Below are positions 45,295 through 54,768 of a stretch of DNA of 54,768 nucleotides, one piece after another. The DNA is from Prorocentrum cordatum (taxonomy: Eukaryota). How positions within the stretch are numbered: the stretch's first letter is position 1; each line of letters opens with the position of its first letter. The position numbers and the translations under genes are program-made. The notes under the pieces are model-generated. The model was given only the letters and a program-made list of their open reading frames with translations, did no database searches and was not told the DNA's origin. The DNA lies in contig CAUYUJ010000215.1 in NCBI GenBank assembly GCA_963575745.1, forward strand, positions 62,001 through 116,768, written 5' to 3'.

Positions 45295-46598
45295 ACCGAG
45301 GGATTTGGAAAACATTACCCTGTGACGTACCCAACCCTTTCTATACCTGTGGCGATTACTGCTGACTGGCATTCTGAAGGACCCGCAGCGCGCAAGAAGA
45401 GCACCCAGCAGTGATTTCAGAAGAGCGCAGCAAGAAGAGGAACGGCAAATATACAAAATGGACACACAGGGGCGTTGAAAGCAACGCGTGTGACGTACCT
45501 TCGAGTGATGCGCGTGGGACATACCTCCGCTGGGCCTGCCAGGAGCCCACGAAAGTGGCGACAATTGCGCAGATCGCAAGCCCCCCAGGGGGCGGCGAGG
45601 TACCGAGGTGATCCGCGTGGGACCCACCTCCGCCGGGCCTCCCAGGAGCCCACGAAAATGGCGACAGTTGCGCAGATCGCAAGCCACCCAGGCGGCGGCG
45701 AGGTACCGAGGTGGTCCGCGTGGGGCCCACCTCCGCTGGGCCTCCCAGGAGCCCACGAAAGTGGCGACAGTTTCGCGTGGGACCCACCTCCGCTGGGCCT
45801 CACAGGAGCCCAAGAAAGTGGCGACAGTTGCGCTGATCGCAAGCCACCCAGGCGGCGGCGAGGTACCGAGGTGATGCGCGTGGGACATACCTCCGCTGGG
45901 CCTCCCAGGAGCCCACGAAAGTGGCGACAATTGCGCAGATCGCAAGCCGCCCAGGGGGCGGCGAGGTACCGAGGTGATCCGTGTGGGACCCACCTCCGCT
46001 GGGCCTCCCAGGAGCCCACGAAAGTGGCGACAGTTTCGCGTGGGACCCACCTCCGCTGGGCCTCACAGGAGCCTAAGAAAGTGGCGACAGTTGCGCTGAT
46101 CGCAAGCCACCCAGGGGGCGGCGAGGTACCGAGGTGATCCGCGTGTGGGACCCACCTCCGCTGGGCCTCCCAGGAGCCCACGAACGTGGCGACAGTTGCG
46201 CAGATCGCAAGCCCCCCAGGGTACGGCGAGGTACCGAGGTGATCCGCGTGGGACCCACCTCCGCTGGGCCTCCCAGGACCCACGAATGTGGCGACAATTT
46301 CGCAGATCGCAAGCCCCCCAGGTGGCGGCGAGGTACCGAGGTGGTCCGCGTGGGACCCACCTCCACTGGGCCTCACAAGCGCCGAGGTGATCCGCGTGGG
46401 ACCCACCTCCGCTGGGCCTCCCGGGAGCTCACGAAAAGGCGACAGTTGCGCAGATCGCAGACGGCACGAGAGAAGAGGAGACGGAAACACAGGAAACAGA
46501 AGAGAAGGAGAAGGGGACGAGAGGGGAGGAGGAAGGAGGAAGGACGGGGCGACCACACTGCTCTGTTGAAAACGACAAACCAACACAGGAGGGTTGGG
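45295..46598 (+). mobile_element. Leader-satellite-trailer module 1 (~95-bp units)
   Basis: Leader of about 190 bp, units of CGCGTGGGACCCACCTCCGCTGGGCCTCCCAGGAGCCCACGAAAGTGGCGACAGTTGCGCAGATCGCAAGCC..., purine trailer ending CCAACACAGGAGGGTTGGGAA. Confidence 0.8.
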
Positions 46599-47812
46599 AA
46601 ACGTCCCTGCGGCGTACCCAACCCTTTTCTATACATGTGGCGAGTATACTCAGGACCACTCAATGCTGACTGGCATTCTGAAGGATTCGCAATGCGCAAG
46701 ACGAGCACCCAGCAGTGATTTCAGAAGAGCGCAGCAAGAAGAGCAGCGGCGAACATAACAAACGAACACACAAGGGGCGTGTGTGGTGGTCCGCGTATGA
46801 CGTACCTCCGCTGGGACTCCCAAGAGCCCACGGAAGCGCCGACAATCTCGCAGATCGCAGCCCCCCAAGGGCACCGCGAGCTATAGTGGTGGCCCGCGTA
46901 TGACGTACCTCCGCTGGGCCTCCCAGGAGCCCACAACAAAGCCGACAGTGTCGCAGGTCGCAGCCCCCCAGGGCACCGCGAGCTATAGTGGTGGTCCGCG
47001 TATGACGTGCCTCCGCTGGGCTTCCCATGAGCCCACGGAAGTGTCGACAGTTTCGCAGGTCGCACCCCCCCAGGGCACCGCGAGCTATAGTGGTGGCCCG
47101 CGTATGACGCACCTCCGCTGGGCCTCCCAGGAGCCCATGAAAGTGCCGACAAATTCGCAGATCGCAGCCCCCCAGGGCACCGCGAGCTATAGTGGTGGCC
47201 CGCGTATGACGCACCTCCGCTGGGCCTCCCAGGAGCTCACGAAAGTGCCGACAGTGTCGCAGATCGCAGCCCCCCAGGGCACCGCGAGCTATAGCGGTGG
47301 TCCGCGTATGACGTACCCCCGTTGGGCTTCCCATGAGCCCACGGAAGTGCCGACAATCTCGCAGATCGCAGCCCCCCAGGGCACCGCGATCTATAGTGGT
47401 GGCCCGCGTATGACGTGCCTCCGCTGGGCCTCCCAGGAGCCCACAACAAAGCCGACAGTGTCGCAGATCGCAGCCCCCCAGGGCACCGCGAGCTATAGTG
47501 GTGGCCCGCGTATGACGTACCTCCGCTGGGCCTTCCAGGAGCCCGCGAAAGTGCCGACAGTTTTGCAGATAACAGCCCCCCAGAGCACCGCCAGCTATAA
47601 AGGTGGTCGGCGTATGACGCTCCTCCGATGGGCATCCCAGGAGCCCACAAATGTGCCGACAGTTTGGCAGATCGCAGCCCCCCAGGGCACCGCGAGCTGT
47701 AGTGGTGGAACACAGGAAACAGGAGAGAAGGAGAAGGGGAGGAGGAAGAAGGAAGGAAGGGGCGACCACACTGCTCTATTCAAAAAGAGAACCCAACACA
47801 GGAAAGTTGGGG
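46590..47812 (+). mobile_element. Leader-satellite-trailer module 2 (~89-bp units)
   Basis: Leader and trailer homologous to module 1; units of CCGCGTATGACGTACCTCCGCTGGGCC...GGGCACCGCGAGCTATAGTGGTGG. Confidence 0.8.
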
Positions 47813-48466
47813 ATGAATTCCAGAGATTTGTTGTTTTCAAGGGCTCCTACTCCCGATCCTCTTCCTCGAGCCCCATCAAGACTTCGGGGTCACATGCAAA
47901 CATGTTTCGGGAATGCTGTTGAACTCTCCTGACGCTGTCTTGGCACTCTCTTGAATCGTCTTCGTGTCCTCTTGGTTGCCCCTGAAACCATTGTAGAAAT
48001 CGAGATCCCATGATCCCATGAGTTGAAGCAGTGGAGTATTAGAATTACTTTCTTCCAACTCACCCCCTGCTTATTTTTTCTTGCACGAAGACCTCGAGAG
48101 GCATCCCGACAGACCGTGGCCTGGATGCAGAAAACGTCTAACCCACAGCCCAGGCACTACAACTTTAGAACAATTGGCATCCCACCATTCCGTTTTTTGT
48201 TCCAAGTTCGCCCCCTTGTCTATTCTTGCACATAACACCACATTGAAGGCCCCAGACAAGAACCCCGGAAGCCTTCGAGGTCCCCAAATCGTTGAATACC
48301 TGACGGCAATTCGTGTGTTTTGTTCCCGTTATATACGATTCCGAGGCTTGCAGGGCCTCGAAGAGAGTCCCTGAATGCAAGAAACGACAAAGGTGGTTTT
48401 CCATGCGTTAGCCCATCAAGCCTAGCTAGAACTTGAGCGCGCGCGAAGCGCGCGCGATTGCTCTAG

Positions 48467-48505
<39 letters not shown>

Positions 48506-50219
48506 TGTATATATACACATATGTATACATATATATACACATACATATGTCGGGGTACGAGGCTGGGGGCCTCTGGCCAGCTGCCTCGAGTCGCCATGGG
48601 AGGACCCCCCCTTCCCCGGGCCTCTCCAGAGCCGCTTCGGGGCGTCTCCCGAGCGGCTCTGGACGGACCCTGGTGCTGTTTCAGCACCAGGAATGGTTCC
48701 CATCTTCGACCCATGTCGCCGAAGCACGTGGTAGAGGTGTCGGGAGGCCTCCAACATGGCTCCAAACGCTTCCAAGAGCACTCCCACGAGGGCCCCAGCA
48801 GGCCAGAAATTGTTGGCTTTACAATAGTTTTGGAAGCGTGTTGGCCTTCTGATCTTTGCGGCTGTCCGACGCTCCTAGGCGGCCCAGGAGGCTTCCGAGA
48901 TCGCCCCCAAACAGCTCCAGAAGCGCCCAACGCCGCCCCGAGGCGGTCCCGGAGAGCCCAAGGCTGGCCCAAGAAGCGCCCAGGGCAGCCCACGAGTGCT
49001 CCAAAACAGGCCCGAGAGGTGTCCAAGAGACGGACCGCGTCCGGAAAACCCAGGGCTTCCGCCTCAAGAAAGCCCCAGGAGGCCCCAGGTAGCTCCCAAG
49101 AGGCTTCAAACATGGCTCAAGACGCCTCCAGGAGCACCCCCAAGAGGGTCCCAACAGGCCAAAATCGTCAATTTTGCTTGGGAATTAGAAGATCTTGACC
49201 TTCTTGTCTTTTCGGCTTTCCGACGCTCCAATAAGGCCCAGCGCGCCTCCAGGTCCGCTCCCAAACAGCCCTAGGCGGGCCCAGAGAGCCCCAGGGAGCC
49301 CGCAAGACCAGCCCTACGCAACCCAAGAGTTCCTCGGCAGGATAGTTCGGCACTTCAAGCGCGCGCTCTGTACTATTTTGGGCTATATTTGCGCATGTTC
49401 GTTCCCCTACTGCTTTGGACACCCAGAATGGTACGGAAAGAATGGGTACAATGCCCAACAACAATTGTTGTCCCAAACCAACAGCGGCCGCTGTTGGGCG
49501 GGCGGCCCTCTGTCCCGAATGGACACAGGCCGCGGCGGCGTGGACAGCGAGTCCTGTTCAAAACGAACATGATCCGCTGTTGGGCACTGTACCCCAGATT
49601 TCGTATTAAAGGGAGGGGGGTCTCATGTCGGAGGGGGTCTCTTCCAGGCTATCTTGGAGGGCCTGGGGGGTCTGGGGACGATGTCTTGGAGGGTTCTCCC
49701 ACGGGGGAGGTCTGAAGTGGCTTGTCTTGGAGGGTCCGGACCCCCTCCCTTTTTGTTACGAAATCTGGAGTACCCGTTCTTTCCGTGCCCATTTCCTTCG
49801 TGCAGAACTGCCGCTGGCGCCCCACGGCTTGCACCGCGGCGCTCGCTCGCCAGGGAGGGTGCGAGAGCCTGCCGCCCCGGGGCCCGGGCCCCGGCACCAC
49901 CACGCTGGCGGACTCCCTGCCCGTCGTGCACTGCACCTCCCCCCCCCCCCTGCTGTGCGTGCCTGGACACCCTCCTGTCGTCCTTCGGCCGCGTCCTCTC
50001 CTCCTCCTCCCCCTCCTCCTCCTCGTCCTCCTCCTCGTCCTCCTCCTCCTCGTCCCCCCCCTCGTCCTCCTCCTCCTCCTCATCCATTCCTTCTCCTTGT
50101 AGATAATTCCTCCGTGTCGCACCCCGAGGCCAGCTTTTAGGGCGGGCCGGGCGTTTCGCTTGAGACATCCTCACCACTTATGACTTTGAAGCTTGCACAA
50201 TGACAACAGTTTCACACAT

Positions 50220-50875
50220 GGAAGGCGGGTCGCTTTCAAAATGTGGCTCTCGCCTTCGCGCCGCGCACATTCGTTTTAGAAACTCACAAGAGCTTCACGG
50301 ATTGAATTGGGGGCGGGTGGTTTTCAAAATGTGGCTGGCTCTCGCCTTTGCGTCGCGCAAATTCGTTTTCAAAATTTGCAAAGAGTTTCCGGGATTGAGG
50401 GCGGTTCATTTTCAAAATGTGGCTCTCGCCTTAGCGCCGGTCTTCAAAATGTGGCTCTCGCCTTATTGCCATGAATACAAAACGCAAGAACTTCACTGAT
50501 TGAAGGCGGGTCGTTTTCAAGATGTGGCTCTCGCATTTGCGTCGCGCAAATTCGCTTTTAAAAGATGCAAGAGCTTCGCGGATAGAGGGCGGCTCCCTTT
50601 CAAAATGTGGCTCTCGCCTTAGCGCCGGTTTTCAAAATGTGGCTCTCAGCTTTGATTGCCGCGCACATTCTTTTTTTATACATAAAAACGCAAGAACTTC
50701 ACTGATTGAAGGCGGGTCGTCTTCAATATGTGGCTCTCGCTTTTGCGTCGCGCAAAGTTGTTCACATTTGTCATAATTTCACGGATTGAGGGTGGTTCCT
50801 TTTCAAAACGTGGCTCTCGCCTTAGCGCCGCGCGCATTCGTTGTTTTGTTTAAAAATGCAAGGAGTTTCACGGAT
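50220..50875. repeat. Degenerate tandem repeat with core TTTCAAAATGTGGCTCTCGCC
   Basis: Core recurs about nine times, with a higher-order ~200-bp duplication. Confidence 0.8.
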
Positions 50876-51814
50876 ATCCATGATCAGCGCACCAGAAACT
50901 GCATTTTGGAAGGATTCTGGGTTATGCGGGCGCAACAGTTATGTTGATTCGCTGTGTTGAAGTCCCAAGAACGGCGTTCTGGCACAATTCTGGATCGTCA
51001 AGACGCAGCAGTCAGGCTGATACGTGGCGTTGAAATCCCAGGAACAAAGTTTTGGGAGGCTTCAGGATTTTCAAACTGTTATCTTCCAACGAGGCAGTTC
51101 CCTCAATGGACATGAAACGTTGTAAGGGCTTATGGAGAGGGAGCTTGGAGGGAGGGTTAATTCCAACATCGTTGGTGACTCTTGGGTTTCCAGTGGTCCT
51201 CCTCCTCCTCCTCCTCCTCCCCCTCCTCTCCTCCCTCCTCATCCTGCATGATCGCACATTTCGCTCCAACGGATCCCCCGCTTATGCCTTGCACCGCCAG
51301 CGCAGTCACCCCCTGCCCAACCGCCGACGCTGGCGGGCTCTCGTTCTGCCCGTCGTGCTCTGCAACCCCCCCGCGCCCCTGAGTAGGAACGCACTTTCTG
51401 CTCAGTCGAACGACCACAAATGCAATACAACACATTACATTGGAAATTTAGGTCTGACACGCGCCTTTCCTCGATCCAGCGAGAAATTGTCTGGCTCTGG
51501 GGACGTAAAATTCTTCCTGTCACCCCTAGGGTGGCCTGCTGTGGCGCAGGTCCCCCTGTCAACCCTGCGGTGGAGATGGCCGCAGGCCATATCACATGGG
51601 GTTCAGGCGCCCCTTAAGCCACATCACTTCAAGTCCTCCCCTTGCATGGTGGCACAATTCGCTCCAACGGACCCCCCGCTTATGCCTTGTATCGCCAGCG
51701 CAAATAAATCTTGTCGAAAACCGGCGGCGGCCGCTCTTGGGCAGGCGGCCGTCTGTCTCCAATGGACAACGCCCGCAGCGGCACAGAAAGCGAGTCCTGG
51801 TCTAGAGGACTCCT

Positions 51815-52036
51815 AGATGGGGACAGAGTATATGGGGTCGGAGGATCGTGCCGCATGGCCGATACGTCGGCGACGAATCGGCGACGCACCAACGATGCAT
51901 CGTCGACACCAGCGATGCATCGGCGACGTCGACGTGAAGCAAATCGGGTTCCACATCGAGCTGCATCAGCGATGCATCGTCGATGTGGCGCGATCCTCCG
52001 GCCCCATTTACTCTCGGTCGGTCTCTGTCCCCATTC
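51815..52036. mobile_element. Diverged copy of the 11554-11757 MITE
   Basis: AGATGGGGACAGAGTATATGGGGTCGGAGGATCG...CGATCCTCCGGCCCCATTTACTC; internal CGATGCATCG. Confidence 0.7.
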
Positions 52037-53240
52037 TTCCCGTTCCCCGTTTCGCTTCGTTCGTGCAGACTCTCTGGCGCCACACCCTGGCGCCCGCCGA
52101 CGACCTCGGGCATCTACTGACCCAGGTCGCAATGCAAAAACCCGGGTCCGTCGGGCCTTGCAGGATCCTGTAAGATCCTGCACGTAGACCCTGGTCATGG
52201 CACCCCTGGCCCTGCAGGATCTTGCAAAATCCAGCGCTCTGGTGGACCCCAGTGTGAATTGACCCCCGTCTCTTGAGCCCTGACGACTTGGGCGCGAATT
52301 CATGCTGGCGACACATGGGGGGGAGGAGAGAGAGGTGCCCTGACCCAAAAGGCCCCTGCAGGGGCCCTAGAGGGCCCCACTCTGCAGCCCTCGATGCCCC
52401 ACTATCTATCGCCCCCCGAATTCATTTCGGCGCTCTCGGAACGCCCACCACCACCCCCTGGCGGTGCCGCCGGCGGCTGCCGCACTGACGAGGCCGCGGA
52501 AGGCGAGCTCCTGAGCAGGCACCGCCGCTGCGGCCGCCCGAGGGAAAACGATTCCCCCCCCCACGGGGACCGAGGAGGAGGAGGCGGAGGAGGAGGAGGA
52601 GCAAGTGGAAAAGGAGGAGGAAGAGGAGGCGGAGGAGGAGGCGGGGGAGGAGCAGGAGGTGGAGGGGAGCAAACAATTGCACACCCTCATGATAAACACG
52701 CAGGCAAGCGCCGCCGCCTGGTCCCACTGTGAACCCGTATAATCAACACTTATAGTAAGGATGCAAGGGCCCTGGAAGGCCATGTGCCAAGTCGACTCTC
52801 TGCGAGCGGAGCGCTGCCAGCGAAAGCGGCCAGAGATGGGCCGAAGGGGAAAGATGCGAGTGCAACCTTGCAAGGTTGCTCATCCTTACTATGCGAGTTT
52901 ACTGTAAGCACGCCTCCTCCTCCGCGAGGGGGGGGGCAGGAGGGGAAGGAAGGTTCATGAAAGCAAAAAGAGCCACTACCACCAAAACTCTATAGAACTC
53001 CGTTCCCCAAGGCCATCCCCTCGAGCTGGGGGCACTCCGTTCCGGGCACTCTCTGGGGGCGCGCCAGGAACGGGGTGCCAACAGCTCATGGAGGGAGAGC
53101 GGCCAAACCCCCTAGCTGGTGTTCGTGGTTGTTTCTCCTCTTGGGAAGGGGGGGTGCAGACGAAGAGCGAGGGAAGGCTGGAGCAGACGAAGAGCGAAGG
53201 GCGGGGTGGTTGGGAAGAGGAGGCAGGAGCCAGAGTTAGC

Positions 53241-53387
53241 TCGGGCATGTCCTCCTACAGGCGGATTTTGGAAGAACAATGAGAAAACGACAAACAATAG
53301 TCAAACATTGCCAAAATAGGAAAAATCGTCCCCAGACTATTATGTTGACTATCTTTGTGGAGGGACCTGTAGAAGGACGGAACCGAC
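53241..53387 (+). mobile_element. MITE family B, copy 3
   Basis: TCGGGCATGTCCTCCTACAGGCGGATTTTGGAAGA versus TCGGGCATATCCTCCCACAGGCGGAATTTGGAAGA at 13300; shared AAATCGTCCCC.GAC. Confidence 0.7.
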
Positions 53388-53584
53388 CTAGAGCCCGAGA
53401 GCGGCGCGGGGGCGGGGTGAGCCAGGAAGAGTGGGGACGAGGAGGGGCGGGGGAGAGAAGAGAGGGACGAGGAGGAGATTGAGATTGAGATTGAGATCCC
53501 CGTTGCGAAGCAAGTCTGGGTATCGCTTAAAGCTGAGCCCCTGGTCGCTGCATCGGTGGGCCAGCCTTACCCTGGGGTTCGGGG

Positions 53585-54325
53585 GGGAGGAGGAGGAGGA
53601 GGAGGAGGAGGAGGAGGAGGAGGAGGAGGAGGAGGAGGATGAGGAGGAGGAGAAGGGAGAGGAGGAGCGGAGGAGAGTAGGAGGAGCAGGAGGAGAGGAG
53701 GAGCAGCAGAGAGAGGCACAGGAGGAGGCGGAAAGGAGGAGGAGAGTAGGAGGAGGCGGAGGAGGAGGGGATATGATGAGGAAGGGGGAGGAGGAGGATA
53801 GAGGAGGGGAGGAGGAAAGGAGGAGGGGGAGGGAGAGGAGGAGGAGGAGGAGGAGGATAATGAAGAGGTGGAGGAGCGGAAGGAGGTAAGGAGAGGAGGA
53901 GAAGGAGAAAGGAGAAGGGGAAGGAGGAGGAGGATGAGAGAAGGAGAAGGGGACGAGGAAGGAGGAAGGAGGAGCAGGAGGAGTATAAGGGGGGAGAGGA
54001 GGAGGAAAAACAAGAAAGATAAAAAAAGATAGGAGGGAGAAGAGGAGGAGGGAGGAGGGAGGAGGAGCCGCGAGCCGGAGGGCGGCACCCGGGCGAGGCG
54101 AGCCCGGGAGAGAGCGGCGGCAGCCGGCGCGCGGGTCGGCGCCATGCGGAGGTGAGCGTCTCGCCGCCGCCGCGCGCCCCCAGGAAGGTCCCCGGGGCAG
54201 GGCTCGGCCCAAACACTGCCCTCCCAGATGGGCAGGAGGACAGTGGAGGCAGGAGGAGGAGGAGGAGGAGGAGGAGGAGGAGGACAGTGGAGGCAGGAGG
54301 AGGAGGAGGAGGAGGAGGAGGAGGT
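53585..54325. repeat. (GAG)n/purine-rich tracts
   Basis: Direct reading. Confidence 0.9.
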
Positions 54326-54768
54326 GTGTCTCGCGTTCGTCATGTGTTCGTGCTCCCTCGTTTTGTCATCTTCAGTTCGCCCTGGCTGCAGGGCGACGAG
54401 GCTGGATATGGGCGGCGTTCTGCGTTTTCGTTCCGCTATTCGTTCTTCCTCGTTTTGCCCTCGCTTCGCCTGGAATGCAGAGCAAAACAAACGAGAAGCA
54501 AAGCGGCCCACGAGATGGCCAAAACAGCGTTTAGGTACAGCCCTGCCTCCCATATTCCCCCCCTTCCCTTCTCGCTATCCCCGCGACCACGTCCGTCGCT
54601 GAGCCGCCCCCGGTCTTCCGTCGCTCAGCAAGCGAATGCTTGGACAGGGGTGGACCGAGGGCCAGACGAGGCCAACAGCGACTAGCAACACCTCCAGAGT
54701 GCAGAGCGAAGTCATCAGCATCCTGCCGCGGCTGTGATCGTGGCGCACCTCAGCAGCTACCTCCTGCG

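Noticed and set aside
45490..47700. CRISPR-like array with leader
   Set aside because: Units are similar along their full length with no unique spacers, no cas genes are present, and the context is eukaryotic; this is a satellite.
47830..48420. Unique sequence with a minus-strand frame broken by stops (possible pseudogene)
   Set aside because: No recognisable motif; cannot be supported without a homology search.
50136..50142. TTTAGGG telomere-like motif
   Set aside because: Single isolated copies only (also near 31627), with no tandem array.
50880..51190. Complex sequence that might be an exon or pseudogene fragment
   Set aside because: Interrupted by stops in the plausible frames, with no identifiable domain.

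Overview
Eukaryotic, GC-rich, repeat-dense genomic DNA from a dinoflagellate. A perfect dinoflagellate spliced leader and GC-AG introns are visible; the GC-rich, introner-like style suggests a Prorocentrum-like genome, which is inference. Nearly all ORFs in the track are artefacts of microsatellites and satellites. Three credible protein-coding units are present, all on the minus strand. (1) An apparently intact ~6.9-kb non-LTR retrotransposon (2197-9141) encodes a RanBP2-type zinc-finger/coiled-coil ORF1 and an APE-RT-CCHC-RNase H ORF2. Its 5' end is exactly the 22-nt DinoSL, and it sits in a (TCC)n microsatellite with a candidate 16-bp target-site duplication. ORF2 is open from an ATG directly after the SL, overlaps all of ORF1 in the +1 frame, and ORF1 ends in a CTT-TAG-C 'shifty stop'. 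(2) A two-exon ~1107-aa protein with an N-terminal CxxC..CxxC motif and no function I can recognise (22025-25789). (3) A four-exon ~1580-aa DDE/CxxH transposase-like protein with an HMG-box-like segment (36975-43762), preceded by a decayed SL relic, with all three introns made of repeat or inverted-repeat elements. The remainder is MITE-like elements, satellite-carrying elements that share a terminal hairpin motif, and simple repeats.
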